Part shown: positions 1 through 12,735 of the stretch, piece by piece
How positions within the stretch are numbered: the first letter of the stretch is position 1
Layout of the letters: the number at the start of each line of letters is the position of its first letter
Assembly (NCBI GenBank): GCA_965243205.1
Contig: CBDEUK010000001.1
Span: forward strand, 1-64,000
Direction: 5' to 3'
Length of the DNA stretch: 64,000 bases
Source of the DNA: Gammaproteobacteria bacterium
Lineage (GTDB): Bacteria > Pseudomonadota > Gammaproteobacteria > Eutrophobiales > Eutrophobiaceae
The notes under the pieces: generated by a model
What the model saw: only the letters and a program-made list of their open reading frames with translations
Databases searched by the model: none
Told to the model about the DNA's origin: nothing
Program-made: the position numbers and the translations under genes

Positions 1-30
1 TTTGAACCTCCGACCCCCACAACCCCATTG
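1..30 (-). repeat. Partial copy of tRNA-Pro 3' half (att-like direct repeat), truncated by window edge
   Basis: 1-30 is identical to 1121-1150 inside tRNA-Pro; identity stops just past the anticodon loop. Confidence 0.9.
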
Positions 31-298
31 AATAGCAAAGCAATTTATTATCGTAATTATTTATTTTTACTTATAAAAAATTCACTAAATGTAATGCCCA
101 CTTATCTCACATTTAGTCATAGATTTTCCAGTCACCGAGGAATAAGCGATGTAGGAATTAAATCTTGGGCAAGGGACATTTTTACAAAGCAGTGTTTATA
201 GAGTATATTGCTGGCGTAGTTATAAAAATTATAATAATAATCCTGCCTCGTATCCTGCAATACAACTATTATTTTTCAAACAAGGAAATTTTATTTAA

Positions 299-907
299 AT
301 GAAAAAATATATAAAAAGTATTCTATATACAGGTTTTTTATCAGCTTTGCTTCTACCCAGTATTTCTCATGCTAATATAATTGTAAATACTGGACCAGGA
401 ACTGGGGCACAGTATTTACTTAATCATCAACAATGGCTAGCCGCCGAATTCATAACTAATCAATCATATAATATTACAGAAGTTTCAGGTTGGATTGGCA
501 CTGTAATAGAGGGTGATGTTACCTTTTCACTATATACTGATGGAGGTAATTTGCCAGGCAGTATTTTGTATTCATCTACTAAATCTTTGACACTATCGGA
601 TCCTCAATGGGAAACTATATCAGGACTTAATTGGGATATTGATGCAGGGAGTTATTGGATAGCCTTTACAACTATTGATGAGATATACAGAGGAATAATG
701 CCTGGCCAAGCTCCAAATCAACTTGGTAATGAAGCGCATACTGGAGTAATACCTGACCTTTGGTTCGACTCAAACGATGATAATAATGGAATTGGGGTGA
801 TGATTCAGGCTGAACCAATAGTTTCAACAGTTCCTGAACCCACCAATCTATTAATATTAGGCTCAGTTTTAATTGCATTAAATTCGTATAAGCGAAAACT
901 CCTCTAA
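299..907 (+). CDS. Secreted PEP-CTERM sorting-domain protein
   Basis: N-terminal signal peptide (..PSISHA); C-terminal VPEP + hydrophobic helix + KRK. Confidence 0.85.
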   Translation: MKKYIKSILYTGFLSALLLPSISHANIIVNTGPGTGAQYLLNHQQWLAAEFITNQSYNITEVSGWIGTVIEGDVTFSLYTDGGNLPGSILYSSTKSLTLSDPQWETISGLNWDIDAGSYWIAFTTIDEIYRGIMPGQAPNQLGNEAHTGVIPDLWFDSNDDNNGIGVMIQAEPIVSTVPEPTNLLILGSVLIALNSYKRKLL

Positions 908-1102
908 CTTATCTTGGTTAATTATTGATCTATAGATTAATTAATCCATAAAATAAATTGTAACCAGCTTGGCTGCGCTTTTTAGGTGTGGAGGGAATTG
1001 TTAATAGCCATTTAAACGGTACTGAATTGCCTATGCCGTTACACATGATATTTCAAAATATAAAAAACCTTCTTTCTTAAGATAGGTATTTTTTATTTTG
1101 AA

Positions 1103-1180
<78 letters not shown>

Positions 1181-1238
1181 ATCCAGACGATTGAGTATAG
1201 CTCTAGTTAAGAGCGAAGAAAATTAGAGATAGGCTTGA

Positions 1239-1595
1239 TTAACGACGTAAGATGTCGAGTACTTCTTCTAATTCGTTACGTAATTGACGAATGATTTGTT
1301 GGCTCTGGTTTGAATCTTCTTTCGCTTCATCACCAGATAATCTTTGACGCGCACCACCAATCGTAAAACCTTGTTCATATAACAAGCTGCGAATTTGACG
1401 AATTAAAATTACATCGTGACGTTGATAGTAACGTCGATTACCACGACGTTTTAGTGGTTTTAATTGTGGAAATTCTTGCTCCCAATAACGCAAGACATGC
1501 GGTTTTACCGCACAGAGATCACTCACCTCACCGATGGTGAAATATCGTTTACCAGGGATGGCTGGTAAATCAGGATTGTTCGACGCTTCCAGCAT
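1239..1595 (-). CDS. MerR-family transcriptional regulator
   Basis: [21 protein letters not shown] MerR HTH; conserved position after ihfA. Confidence 0.92.
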   Translation of the reverse strand: MLEASNNPDLPAIPGKRYFTIGEVSDLCAVKPHVLRYWEQEFPQLKPLKRRGNRRYYQRHDVILIRQIRSLLYEQGFTIGGARQRLSGDEAKEDSNQSQQIIRQLRNELEEVLDILRR

Positions 1596-1875
1596 ATGCC
1601 TCTACCCGTGCTTTTAGTTTTTGTCCCGGTCTAAATGTAACTACCCGTCTGGCTGTTATAGGAATCTCTTCGCCAGTTTTAGGGTTACGACCAGGCCGTT
1701 GGTTTTTATCACGTAAATCAAAATTTCCAAATCCAGAAAGCTTAACCTGGTTCCCTGATTCTAGGGCCGCGCGCACTTCTTCGAAAAACATCTCCACGAT
1801 CTCTTTCGCTTCACGCTTATTCAACCCAAGTTCTTCGTAAAGGCGTTCTGCCATATCCGCTTTTGTCAGCGCCAT
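1570..1875 (-). CDS. ihfA: Integration host factor alpha
   Basis: [29 protein letters not shown]; start reassigned to ATG at 1875. Confidence 0.97.
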   Translation of the reverse strand: MALTKADMAERLYEELGLNKREAKEIVEMFFEEVRAALESGNQVKLSGFGNFDLRDKNQRPGRNPKTGEEIPITARRVVTFRPGQKLKARVEAYAGSVEQS

Positions 1876-1879
1876 CTTT

Positions 1880-4249
1880 TTATTCTCGCAAGGTTGCTCC
1901 GAATTCTGTTTGGAGTTGTGCCAAAATATCTTCAATTAATGCATCAACTTCCGTATCTACAAGAGTGCTAGAAGATCTCTGAAAGGTCAAGCCAAAAGTG
2001 AGACTTTTTTTACCCAATTCAATACCTTCGCCCACATATACATCAAACAACTCTAGGTTTTTTAGCAATTCTGAGGCCGTTTTTTCAATGCAATCAGAGA
2101 CATGAGAAGCGTTAATTGTCCCATCTAACACCAATGAAAGGTCTCTTCTAATTGATGGAAATTTAGATATTTCGACGAATTTAATTGATTTTTCGCTACA
2201 AATAGCAGCAAGATCAAGCTCAAATGCATATATAGGTTTAGATATACCCAAATCAGCTTGGGTGCCAGGATGTAGTGCACCAATAACGCCAATATTTTTA
2301 TCACCTAGCAAAATTCTGGCAGTTTGGCCTGGATGAAAAGATTTTTCCTCAATTGGGATAAATTTCACATCATGGGGCTCAGAAAAAATCGATAAAACTG
2401 CTTCCACGTCATTTTTAAGGTCAAAAAAATCTGTTTTTGATGTGCGTTTGTCCCATTGTTCTGCCTCAATATCTCCATACACGATGCCAGCAAGCTTAGG
2501 AGTTTGGATTAATGAACCAGCTTGTTGGAATACCAAGCCGCTTTCAAATAAGCGTACGCGAGGTTGTTGGCGATTGATATTGTATTGAAGTGCTTGCACT
2601 AAACCAGGAATCAAACTCGTACGCATGACTGATAAGTCTGACGAAATAGGATTCGCTAAGGTGATGTAATCAGTGGTTGAAAACAAATCCGTCGATTTAG
2701 GATCAATAAAGCTATAGGTAATGACTTCGTAATAGCCTTTGCTCGTTAGTAATGAGCGCAGTTGTTTTAATGATTTAGTTTCAACCGATTCAGGTTTAAC
2801 CGTCGAAGATGCCATCAACGGTTTAACTTCAATATTGTCGTAACCGATGACTCGAGCCAACTCTTCGATTAAGTCCACTTCGATTTGAATATCAAAACGA
2901 TAGCTCGGAGGTGTAACTGTCCAACCATCATCGTTAGATTCGACCTTCATACCAAGTCGTTCAAAAATAGAAACCACTTTTGCGTCATCAACCTCTAAAC
3001 CGAGAACACGATGTATTTGTGGCTTTCTTAAATTAACGGCTAAACGTTGTGGAAGGTTTTGTTCATCGATATATTCTTGAACCGGGCCTGTTTCGCCGCC
3101 ACAAATATCAATGATTAATTCTGAAGCACGATTAATAGCATTAAGTTGTTGTTCATAATCAACACCGCGTTCAAAACGATGTGATGAATCCGTATGCAAT
3201 CCATAACGACGTGCATCACCGATTAATTTTTCAGGTATAAAAAACGCACACTCTAAAAAGATATTCTTGGTCTTATCCGTTACAGAACTGTCTAAGCCGC
3301 CCATAATGCCTGCAAGGGCCAATGCTTTATTGTCATCAGCAATAACTAATGAATTTTCATTGAGTTTAATTTCTTGTTCATCTAACAAAGTTAAAGATTC
3401 ATTCTTCTTTGCATAACGAACATGTACCGAACCTTCCAATAAATCGTTATCAAAAGCGTGCATAGGCAAGCCCATTTCAATCATCACGTAATTAGTGATA
3501 TCAACCACTGGACTAATAGAGCGAATGCTAGAGCGACGTAATTTTTCTTGCATCCACAAAGGTGTTTCAGCTTGAGTATTCACGTTAGTAATGACGCGTC
3601 CTGTATATTTTGGACAAGCATCAACCGCTTCTAAAATAACATCACGTTTTGAATCATGTTCAGATTTTATTTGTTTAAATTCGGTTGATTTAAACGGTAC
3701 ATCACAAAAGACTGCAACATCTCGCGCAATCCCCATAATGCTAAAACAATCACCGCGGTTGGGTGTTAATGATAATTCAATAATTTGATCATCTAGGTTT
3801 AAAGCTCTACGAATATCTTGCCCTACTTCTAAATCATCGGCTAATTCCATTAAACCATCAGCTTCTTCAACCATTCCAAGTTCAGCTGCTGAACAAAGCA
3901 TGCCAAATGATTCAACGCCACGCAGTTTGGATTTTTTTATTTTAAAATCACCAGGAAGCTTGGCGCCAATCGTTGCTAATGGAACTTTTAGATCAGGACG
4001 TACATTAGACGCACCACAAACAATCTGTAATGTTTCATCACCGTTATCGACAGAACAGACTCGTAACTTATCTGCATCAGGATGAGGTTCAACACTTTTA
4101 ACTTGTGCAACGACAACGCCAGAAAATTCAGCCGCAGCGGTCTCTACCCCATCCACTTCTAAACCCGACATTGTTAAACGGTCATATAAGCGTTCGCTTT
4201 CGACCGAACCATCTAACCATTCATTTAACCATTGTTCACTGAATTTCAT
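1880..4249 (-). CDS. pheT: Phenylalanyl-tRNA synthetase beta
   Basis: [37 protein letters not shown]-terminal FDX-ACB domain. Confidence 0.98.
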   Translation of the reverse strand: MKFSEQWLNEWLDGSVESERLYDRLTMSGLEVDGVETAAAEFSGVVVAQVKSVEPHPDADKLRVCSVDNGDETLQIVCGASNVRPDLKVPLATIGAKLPGDFKIKKSKLRGVESFGMLCSAAELGMVEEADGLMELADDLEVGQDIRRALNLDDQIIELSLTPNRGDCFSIMGIARDVAVFCDVPFKSTEFKQIKSEHDSKRDVILEAVDACPKYTGRVITNVNTQAETPLWMQEKLRRSSIRSISPVVDITNYVMIEMGLPMHAFDNDLLEGSVHVRYAKKNESLTLLDEQEIKLNENSLVIADDNKALALAGIMGGLDSSVTDKTKNIFLECAFFIPEKLIGDARRYGLHTDSSHRFERGVDYEQQLNAINRASELIIDICGGETGPVQEYIDEQNLPQRLAVNLRKPQIHRVLGLEVDDAKVVSIFERLGMKVESNDDGWTVTPPSYRFDIQIEVDLIEELARVIGYDNIEVKPLMASSTVKPESVETKSLKQLRSLLTSKGYYEVITYSFIDPKSTDLFSTTDYITLANPISSDLSVMRTSLIPGLVQALQYNINRQQPRVRLFESGLVFQQAGSLIQTPKLAGIVYGDIEAEQWDKRTSKTDFFDLKNDVEAVLSIFSEPHDVKFIPIEEKSFHPGQTARILLGDKNIGVIGALHPGTQADLGISKPIYAFELDLAAICSEKSIKFVEISKFPSIRRDLSLVLDGTINASHVSDCIEKTASELLKNLELFDVYVGEGIELGKKSLTFGLTFQRSSSTLVDTEVDALIEDILAQLQTEFGATLRE

Positions 4250-4255
4250 AATCTT

Positions 4256-5263
<1,008 letters not shown>

Positions 5264-5277
5264 TCACTGTAGAGTTA

Positions 5278-5304
5278 AAAAAGGGGAAAATGAATTCCCC
5301 TTTA
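5278..5304 (-). terminator. Intrinsic terminator after rplT
   Basis: AAGGGGAA..TTCCCCTT hairpin with T-run on the minus strand. Confidence 0.6.
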
Positions 5305-5329
5305 GTCGAGCTTTAAAAACAAGTACAAC

Positions 5330-5689
5330 TTAAGCTGCTAAACTTGCTTTCGCTTGCTCTGCTAAAGCAGTAAATGCTTCAGGGTTATGTACTGCTAAAT
5401 CGGCAAGTACTTTACGATCAATATCGATCTCTGCTTTGTTTAATCCGTCCATAAAACGACTATATGATAGACCGTTTAAACGGGCAGCAGCATTAATACG
5501 GGTAATCCATAAAGCACGAAACTGGCGTTTACGTTGTTTACGATCACGATAAGCGTATTGGCCTGCTTTGGTTACCGCTTGTTTAGCGACACGAAAGACA
5601 TTCTTACGACGACCGTAATAACCTTTCGCTTGTGAAATTACTTTTTTATGTTTGGCGTGGGCTGTTACACCGCGTTTTACTCTAGGCAT
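5330..5689 (-). CDS. rplT: 50S ribosomal protein L20
   Basis: [29 protein letters not shown]. Confidence 0.98.
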   Translation of the reverse strand: MPRVKRGVTAHAKHKKVISQAKGYYGRRKNVFRVAKQAVTKAGQYAYRDRKQRKRQFRALWITRINAAARLNGLSYSRFMDGLNKAEIDIDRKVLADLAVHNPEAFTALAEQAKASLAA

Positions 5690-5701
5690 CTCAGTCTCCT
5701 C

Positions 5702-5899
5702 TTATACGTACGGTAACATTCTAGCGATCATTTTTTGATCGTTATCATGAACAGCAACAATACTTCTTAATTGACGTTTACGTTTGGTACTCTTTTTAGT
5801 CAAGATATGACTACGGTGAGACTGACGATGTTTAAATTTGCCGGACGCACTGCGAGAGAATCTCTTCGCCGCCCCGCGATTGGTTTTCATTTTAGGCAT
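5702..5899 (-). CDS. rpmI: 50S ribosomal protein L35
   Basis: [20 protein letters not shown]. Confidence 0.98.
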   Translation of the reverse strand: MPKMKTNRGAAKRFSRSASGKFKHRQSHRSHILTKKSTKRKRQLRSIVAVHDNDQKMIARMLPYV

Positions 5900-6044
5900 T
5901 GTATATAACTCCTGATCCTAATTTACTCTTACGAAGACTTTCTAAAAGTCTCGTTATCGTTTTATATTGTAAAAGTGTAATACCTCGGCAAGTTTAGGAT
6001 CGACTAACCAAGGCTACGGTAAAAACTACTATCTATTAATACAG

Positions 6045-6560
6045 CTATTTCTTAGGCGCTAACACCATGACCATTTGGCGGCCTTCCAGTTTTGGATATT
6101 GTTCAACGGTTCCAAGCTCTTCGAGGTCAGCCTCTACCCGTTTTAACATTTCCATACCCAATTCTTGGTGCGCCATTTCACGACCACGAAAACGTAAGGT
6201 TATTTTTACCTTATCGCCATGCTCCAAAAACTTGATGAGACTTCTCAGCTTCACTTGATAGTCTCCTTCTTCAGTACCCGGGCGAAACTTAATCTCTTTC
6301 ACCTGAATCTGCTTCTGATTTTTCTTGGCAGCGTGTTTCTTTTTATTCAGTTCAAATTGGTATTTGCCGTAATCCATCAAGCGACATACGGGTGGTTCAG
6401 CATTCGGCACGATTTCTACTAAATCTAAATCGGCTTCTTCGGCCATATCAAGTGCTTCATTCTTTGATACTATGCCTACTTGCTCACCTTCTTTACCAAT
6501 CAATCTGACTTCTGGTGCTACAATACTGTCATTAAGACGAGTCTGTTTATCGACAGAAAT
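6045..6560 (-). CDS. infC: Translation initiation factor IF-3 (ATT start)
   Basis: [23 protein letters not shown]; frame extends 19 codons upstream to ATT at 6560 preceded by GGAGG. Confidence 0.96.
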   Translation of the reverse strand: MSVDKQTRLNDSIVAPEVRLIGKEGEQVGIVSKNEALDMAEEADLDLVEIVPNAEPPVCRLMDYGKYQFELNKKKHAAKKNQKQIQVKEIKFRPGTEEGDYQVKLRSLIKFLEHGDKVKITLRFRGREMAHQELGMEMLKRVEADLEELGTVEQYPKLEGRQMVMVLAPKK

Positions 6561-6587
6561 AAACTATACCTCCATAGGTAAAATAAA

Positions 6588-8498
6588 TTAGCCGCGGTTC
6601 GCAATCTCAGTGTTCATAAGCTCAATAAAAGCGGAAAGCTCCATCGAACCTAAATCTTCACCACTACGCGAACGCACGGCCACGGATTCATTTTCTTGCT
6701 CTTGCGCACCCACCACAATCTGGTAAGGAATGCGCTGCATACTGTGCTCGCGGATTTTAAGGCCGATCGTTTCATTTCTCAAGTCGGCATTGACTCTGAA
6801 ACCTTGTTTTTTCAAGGTTTTTGTGACTTTTTCGGCGTATTCGGCCTGTTTTTCTGAAATTGCGATAACAACAGCCTGTAAAGGCGCCAACCAGAGCGGA
6901 AATGCGCCAGTATAATGTTCAATCAAAATACCCGTAAATCGCTCCAGCGAACCGAACAATGCTCGGTGCAGCATGACTGGACGATGACGTTCGCCATCCT
7001 CGCCAATATACGAAATATCGAAACGTTCAGGTAAATTCATATCCACCTGCAACGTCCCACACTGCCAATCACGTCCAATCGCATCTCGTAAAACGAACTC
7101 AAGCTTAGGCCCATAAAATGCACCTTCACCAGGAAATAATTTATAGTCCTTGCCCATTACGTCCAATGCATTTTTAAGCGCACCTTCGAGCTTGTCCCAG
7201 ACTTCATCAGAACCGATACGATTTTCTGGTCGGTCGGAAAATTTAATGATGATGTCTTCAAAACCAAAATCTTTATAAATATCGAGTATCAATTCGATAA
7301 CATCGATGCACTCCTGTTGCATCTGTTCTTCTGTGCAATAAATGTGCGCATCGTCTTGAGTGAAATGACGCACACGCATAAGTCCATGTAATGCACCTGA
7401 AGGCTCGTAACGATGAACCTTACCAAACTCGGCCATACGTAGAGGTAAATCACGATAACTTTTAAGTCCTTGTGCAAACATTAATACTGAACCTGGGCAA
7501 TTCATTGGCTTTAAAGCGAAAACACGTTCATCCTCAGTGGTTGTGGTAAACATGTTTTCACGATAGTTACCCCAATGGCCTGAGGTTTCCCACAGACTTC
7601 GATCCATAACATCAGGCGTATTCACTTCAATGTAACCTGCATCATCTTGTCTTTTGCGCATGTAACTAATGAGAGTGTTAAACAGCGCCCAACCTTTCGG
7701 ATGCCAAAAAACCGAGCCTGGGGCCTGCTCCTGAAAATGAAATAAGTCCATCTTCTTAGCAAGCTTACGGTGGTCGCGTTTTTCCGCTTCCGCCAGCATA
7801 GTTAAGTGATTTTTTAAATCTTTTTTATCCGCAAACGCAATTCCGTAAATCCGTTGTAGCATTTCATTATCAGAATTACCGCGCCAATATGCGCCGGCTA
7901 TAGATGTTAATTTAAAGTGGCGTAGATGACGGGTATTCGGCACGTGAGGACCACGACACATATCTGTGTATTCTTCGTGATGATAGAGTTTGATAATTTC
8001 ATCATCAGGAATATCGGCAACTAATTGCAATTTATAATCTTCGCCACGTGCTTCAAATGCAGCACGAGCTTCTTCCTTGCTAACTACTTTCATATCAACG
8101 TTGTAGTCTTTTTTGATAAGCTCTTTGATGCGCTTTTCAATCGCCTCCAAGTCTTCAGGTGTTAATGAATGCTCTAAGGCAACATCATAATAGAAACCGT
8201 TTTCGATAACGGGACCAATCGCCATCTTAGTCTCAGGATAAAGTTGTTTAATAGCATGACCAATTAAATGCGCAAAGGAATGGCGTATGATTTCAACGCC
8301 CTCTTCGTCTTTAGCAGTGATGATTTGCAGAGAGGCATCGTCTTTAATCTCAACACTGGCATCAAGCAATTCATCATTTACACGACCTGCGATCGTTGCT
8401 TTTGCAAGCCCAGGCCCAATATCTTCAGCCACTTGCATGATGGTAACGGGATTATCAAACTGACGCTGACTGCCGTCAGGCAAAGTAATGGTAGGCAT
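6588..8498 (-). CDS. thrS: Threonyl-tRNA synthetase
   Basis: TGS domain, [37 protein letters not shown]. Confidence 0.98.
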   Translation of the reverse strand: MPTITLPDGSQRQFDNPVTIMQVAEDIGPGLAKATIAGRVNDELLDASVEIKDDASLQIITAKDEEGVEIIRHSFAHLIGHAIKQLYPETKMAIGPVIENGFYYDVALEHSLTPEDLEAIEKRIKELIKKDYNVDMKVVSKEEARAAFEARGEDYKLQLVADIPDDEIIKLYHHEEYTDMCRGPHVPNTRHLRHFKLTSIAGAYWRGNSDNEMLQRIYGIAFADKKDLKNHLTMLAEAEKRDHRKLAKKMDLFHFQEQAPGSVFWHPKGWALFNTLISYMRKRQDDAGYIEVNTPDVMDRSLWETSGHWGNYRENMFTTTTEDERVFALKPMNCPGSVLMFAQGLKSYRDLPLRMAEFGKVHRYEPSGALHGLMRVRHFTQDDAHIYCTEEQMQQECIDVIELILDIYKDFGFEDIIIKFSDRPENRIGSDEVWDKLEGALKNALDVMGKDYKLFPGEGAFYGPKLEFVLRDAIGRDWQCGTLQVDMNLPERFDISYIGEDGERHRPVMLHRALFGSLERFTGILIEHYTGAFPLWLAPLQAVVIAISEKQAEYAEKVTKTLKKQGFRVNADLRNETIGLKIREHSMQRIPYQIVVGAQEQENESVAVRSRSGEDLGSMELSAFIELMNTEIANRG

Positions 8499-8514
8499 TT
8501 TTAACTCCTCAGTG

Positions 8515-8535
8515 ATGACCCCTACAAAAGGTCAT
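8515..8535 (-). promoter_or_regulatory. thrS translational operator (tRNA-Thr anticodon-arm mimic)
   Basis: mRNA hairpin ATGACC-TTTTGTAGG-GGTCAT with UGU in the loop, just 5' of the GAGGAG RBS. Confidence 0.65.
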
Positions 8536-8592
8536 GTGTTTTAATAAAAAATAATTACCATTTAATAACCTTTATTTCATCTCGTTATTAAA

Positions 8593-8669
8593 TGGTAGGC
8601 GTGATTGGACTCGAACCAACGACCCCCACCATGTCAAGGTGGTGCTCTAACCAGCTGAGCTACACGCCT
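8593..8669 (-). tRNA. tRNA-Val(GAC)
   Basis: AGGCGTG..CACGCCTA-CCA, anticodon loop TTGACAT. Confidence 0.95.
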
Positions 8670-8768
8670 CCAGATGCTGAACAAATATTACAGCATTTCA
8701 AAGGCCGCATAGAATACTGATTTCATAGTGATTTCACAACAAATTAATCTCTGTATGTGGTAACGAAA

Positions 8769-9215
8769 CTAAAACAATAATTTAAATTGATGATCAGCAC
8801 GTCTTAATAGTTCTTCCTCATCAATTTCGGATTGTTCCCAGCCTAATCGACCATCTTCAGTATCTGATTTGTGGAACATTAATAAAGTGTCAGCGACTAT
8901 TTTAAAGTTCGTTGGATCTAATGGTCTGATCTTGCCAAGCGTTAGACTATATGCACAGACATCATGCCGAGGACGGTATTTTTCTGGATCCTGATTGAAT
9001 AAGGCGACCTGTTCTTCTGAAGTAAGATAATAGACTTTGCCTTTGTGCTCCACTGCAAATTCTGCATTACCTTTTTCGGGTTTACCGACAGTGAAATAAG
9101 AAACTGGACTATAACCGCTAATTGCAACATTGGGTGCAGCCATCGAAGTAGAAGACAATACTATTCCTAGTAAGAGTGTATTAATTAATAATAAATACGT
9201 TTTTTGAATTTTCAT
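8769..9215 (-). CDS. Exported YHS-domain-like protein
   Basis: Signal peptide; AISGYSPVSYF..GKVYY..F..DPEKYRP..CAY pattern. Confidence 0.75.
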   Translation of the reverse strand: MKIQKTYLLLINTLLLGIVLSSTSMAAPNVAISGYSPVSYFTVGKPEKGNAEFAVEHKGKVYYLTSEEQVALFNQDPEKYRPRHDVCAYSLTLGKIRPLDPTNFKIVADTLLMFHKSDTEDGRLGWEQSEIDEEELLRRADHQFKLLF

Positions 9216-9273
9216 TGGTTAATCACTATGCCGTTTAATTTCAAGATTAGTTATGACACCACATATCCAAAAA

Positions 9274-11283
9274 CTATCCCAACTCCATGCTTTTAGCTTT
9301 TACCTGTTGAATCTGATCTCTAATGCGTGCCGCATCTTCGAATTCCAGGTCTTTTGCATGTTGATACATCTTTTCTTCGAGTTCTTTGATTTGTTTCATC
9401 GCCTCTTGCGGATCTAACATAGAATATTTTTCAGCTTCCTCTGCAACCATCTGTCTTTTACCACCTTTACGTTTCGGATCGCTATGCGCGCCTTCCATGA
9501 TATCGGTAATCGCCTTAGTCACACCTTTCGGTGTAATGTTGTGTTCTTTGTTAAAAGCTTCTTGTTTTTCGCGACGTCGATCTGTTTCATCTAATGCTTT
9601 TTGCATAGAATCAGTGACTCGATCAGCATAGAGAATTGCTTTACCATTTAAATTACGCGCAGCACGCCCAATGGTTTGGATTAAAGTGGTTTCTGAACGC
9701 AAGAAACCTTCTTTATCGGCATCTAAGATTGCAACAAGTGACACTTCAGGCATGTCCAAACCTTCTCTTAACAAGTTGATACCAACCAAAACATCAAACT
9801 CGCCTAAACGTAAGTCACGGATGATCTCAACTCGTTCGACTGTATCAATATCCGAATGTAAATAACGCACTCGAATGCCTTGCTCAAGATAATAATCCGT
9901 TAAGTCTTCTGCCATACGTTTGGTTAATGTAGTCACTAACACACGTTCATTATTTTTAATTCGAAAATGTATTTCAGATAACAAATCATCCACTTGAGAA
10001 CTAACAGGTCTGATTTCTACAGTTGGATCGATTAAGCCCGTTGGTCTGACGACTTGTTCAACAGTTTGACCTGAATGATCTTTTTCATAATGGCTTGGTG
10101 TAGCGGACACAAAAATCGTTTGCGGTGCTAATTTTTCAAATTCATCGAACTTAAGCGGCCTGTTATCCAAAGCCGATGGCAATCGAAATCCATACTCAAC
10201 AAGATTTTCTTTACGTGATCGATCACCTTTATACATTGCACCTAATTGCGGAACCGTAACATGGCTTTCATCAATGATTAATAAGGCATCATCTGGCAGG
10301 TAATCAAATAATGTTGGTGGTGATTCGCCAGGTTGTCTTCCTGATAAATACCGAGAGTAGTTTTCAATACCAGAGCAGTAACCAATTTCATTGATCATCT
10401 CGATATCAAAACGCGTACGTTGTTCTAAACGTTGTGCTTCGACCAACTTATTTAAATCACGTAGTTGTTCCAAACGTTCTGCAAGTTCGACCTTAATTTT
10501 CTCTACGGCATCTAACATAGTCGAACGCTCGGTTACATAGTGGGTTTTGGGATGAATGGTTAAACGCGGGACTTTTTTTAGAATTTCACCCGTTAACGGA
10601 TCAAACCAAGCGAGGTTTTCTATCTCATCATCGAATAATTCTACCCGCACCGCTTCGCGTTCTGATTCAGCAGGAAATATATCAATCACTTCACCGCGGG
10701 CGCGATAGGTACCTCGATGCAATTCAACATCATTACGCGTGTATTGCATCTCTGCTAAACGTCTTAATAAAGTACGTTGATCGATTAAATCGCCACGTAC
10801 TAAATGCAAGACCATTTTGAAATACGATTCTGGTTCTCCTAAACCATAAATCGCTGAGACTGTTGCCACAACAATCGTATCAGGACGTTCTAATAGACCT
10901 TTAGTCGCCGATAGACGCATCTGCTCAATATGTTCGTTTACGGAAGCATCTTTTTCGATATAAGTATCCGAGGCTGGGACATAGGCTTCAGGCTGGTAAT
11001 AATCGTAATAAGAAACGAAATATTCCACTGAGTTATTCGGAAAAAACTCCTTCATCTCACCATAGAGCTGAGCCGCTAATGTTTTATTGGGAGCAAGCAT
11101 CATTGTGGGGCGTTGCACCGATTCGATGACATTTGCAACGGTATAAGTTTTGCCTGAACCTGTTACACCAAGCAACACTTGATGGGCTAAACCATCGTTT
11201 AAACCCTCGATTAATTGCTCAATTGCAACAGGTTGGTCGCCGGCTGGACTATATTTTGATATTAGTTGAAAATCTTTTGACAT
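9274..11283 (-). CDS. uvrB: Excinuclease ABC subunit B
   Basis: [37 protein letters not shown] domain; start probably MSKDF at 11283. Confidence 0.98.
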   Translation of the reverse strand: MSKDFQLISKYSPAGDQPVAIEQLIEGLNDGLAHQVLLGVTGSGKTYTVANVIESVQRPTMMLAPNKTLAAQLYGEMKEFFPNNSVEYFVSYYDYYQPEAYVPASDTYIEKDASVNEHIEQMRLSATKGLLERPDTIVVATVSAIYGLGEPESYFKMVLHLVRGDLIDQRTLLRRLAEMQYTRNDVELHRGTYRARGEVIDIFPAESEREAVRVELFDDEIENLAWFDPLTGEILKKVPRLTIHPKTHYVTERSTMLDAVEKIKVELAERLEQLRDLNKLVEAQRLEQRTRFDIEMINEIGYCSGIENYSRYLSGRQPGESPPTLFDYLPDDALLIIDESHVTVPQLGAMYKGDRSRKENLVEYGFRLPSALDNRPLKFDEFEKLAPQTIFVSATPSHYEKDHSGQTVEQVVRPTGLIDPTVEIRPVSSQVDDLLSEIHFRIKNNERVLVTTLTKRMAEDLTDYYLEQGIRVRYLHSDIDTVERVEIIRDLRLGEFDVLVGINLLREGLDMPEVSLVAILDADKEGFLRSETTLIQTIGRAARNLNGKAILYADRVTDSMQKALDETDRRREKQEAFNKEHNITPKGVTKAITDIMEGAHSDPKRKGGKRQMVAEEAEKYSMLDPQEAMKQIKELEEKMYQHAKDLEFEDAARIRDQIQQVKAKSMELG

Positions 11284-11361
11284 AAGTATTTTGTTGCTGT
11301 GCATTATGCAGTATATTACAGCGCCTTTTCTTTTTAACCTTCTAGATTTGGAGACCCTTAG

Positions 11362-12546
11362 TTGGACTATAAAATATCGCAGCGTGCAAAAAATGTGAAA
11401 CCTTCACCGACATTAGCCGTGACAGCTAGAGCGGCGGCATTACGAGCTGAAGGCAAGAAGATTATTGGTGTTGGAGCTGGAGAACCAGACTTTGACACGC
11501 CTGAACACATTAAACAAGCTGCGATTAAGGCCTTATCGGAAGGTATGACCAAATATACGCCGGTTGCAGGCACAGCTGAGTTAATTCAAGCGATTATCGA
11601 TAAATTTTCGAATGAAAATAATTTGGATTACGACAAAAGCCAAATTCTAGTTTCTTGTGGTGCCAAGCATAGCTGCTACAACATCATGCAGGCTTTGCTT
11701 AATGAGGGTGACGAAGTTGTTATCCCAGCACCATTTTGGGTATCGTATCCTGATATGGCTCGATTGGCTGGCGCTGAACCTGTGATTTTAAAATCGGGCA
11801 TCGAAGAAGGTTTTAAAATTACCAAAGAACAATTAAAAGGGGCGTTAACGGATAAGACTCGTTTAGTCATCCTGAACAGCCCTTCTAACCCTACAGGTGC
11901 CTGTTATTCAGAAGCTGAATTGAAAGAACTTGGCTCAGTATTGCTTGAGCGTCCTGATGTGATCGTGATGACCGACGATATTTATGAACACATTCTTTGG
12001 GGACAAGATAAATTCATTAATATAGTGAATGCATGCCCTGAATTGAAAGAACAAACCATTGTGGTCAATGGTGTTTCTAAGGCCTATTCGATGACCGGTT
12101 GGCGTATTGGCTATGTTGCAGGTCCTACAGAGATTGTAAAGGCTATGGCCAAAATTCAATCCCAAAGCACGTCTAACCCGACGTCGATTGCTCAGGCTGC
12201 AGCAGTGGCTGCTTTGACTGGCGATCAAAGCTATATTGAAGAAAGCACAGGGATCTTTAAAGAACGCCATGATTTTGTATTTGAATCGTTGAATAAATTA
12301 CCTGGCGTGAATTGCATAGCTTCCGATGGCACCTTTTACATATTCCCAGATTTCAATGGCGTAATTGCCAATATGGATGACATTAATAATGACATTGAAT
12401 TAGCCGAATATTTTCTGGAAAAAGCCGAGGTAGCCATGGTTCCTGGCTCAGCGTTTGGAGCGCCAGGCTATATGCGAATTTCATACGCAACCAGTATGGA
12501 AAACCTTGAAGAAGCTATGAGCCGATTGGCAAAAGCTTTGGGTTAA
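11362..12546 (+). CDS. Class I PLP-dependent (aspartate-type) aminotransferase
   Basis: [32 protein letters not shown]. Confidence 0.93.
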   Translation: MDYKISQRAKNVKPSPTLAVTARAAALRAEGKKIIGVGAGEPDFDTPEHIKQAAIKALSEGMTKYTPVAGTAELIQAIIDKFSNENNLDYDKSQILVSCGAKHSCYNIMQALLNEGDEVVIPAPFWVSYPDMARLAGAEPVILKSGIEEGFKITKEQLKGALTDKTRLVILNSPSNPTGACYSEAELKELGSVLLERPDVIVMTDDIYEHILWGQDKFINIVNACPELKEQTIVVNGVSKAYSMTGWRIGYVAGPTEIVKAMAKIQSQSTSNPTSIAQAAAVAALTGDQSYIEESTGIFKERHDFVFESLNKLPGVNCIASDGTFYIFPDFNGVIANMDDINNDIELAEYFLEKAEVAMVPGSAFGAPGYMRISYATSMENLEEAMSRLAKALG

Positions 12547-12563
12547 AAAATCCGCGTATGCTA

Positions 12564-12592
12564 TTGACCCATATATGATCGGTCAGTACTAT
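12564..12592 (+). promoter_or_regulatory. Sigma70 promoter of tRNA-Asn
   Basis: TTGACC-17 bp-TACTAT upstream of the tRNA. Confidence 0.65.
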
Positions 12593-12659
12593 ACGCATCC
12601 TTTACAAATAGAACTTTTAGTTCTAAATAATTAAGTACCATAAGTACTAATCAGATTAT

Positions 12660-12735
12660 TCCCCGATAGCTCAGTTGGTAGAGCGGGTGACTGTTAATCA
12701 CTAGGTCGGCAGTTCGAGCCTGTCTCGGGGAGCCA
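12660..12735 (+). tRNA. tRNA-Asn(GTT), prophage insertion target, intact
   Basis: TCCCCGA..TCGGGGA-G-CCA, anticodon loop CTGTTAA. Confidence 0.95.

Noticed and set aside
958-1045. TGTAAC..GTTACA-bounded segment resembling an integron attC
   Set aside because: Inner arms do not pair convincingly, the end does not fit GTTRRRY, and no integron integrase is in view
1876-1935. 20-aa N-terminal extension of IhfA in the ORF track
   Set aside because: Overlaps the pheT 3' end; the conserved start is MALTK at 1875
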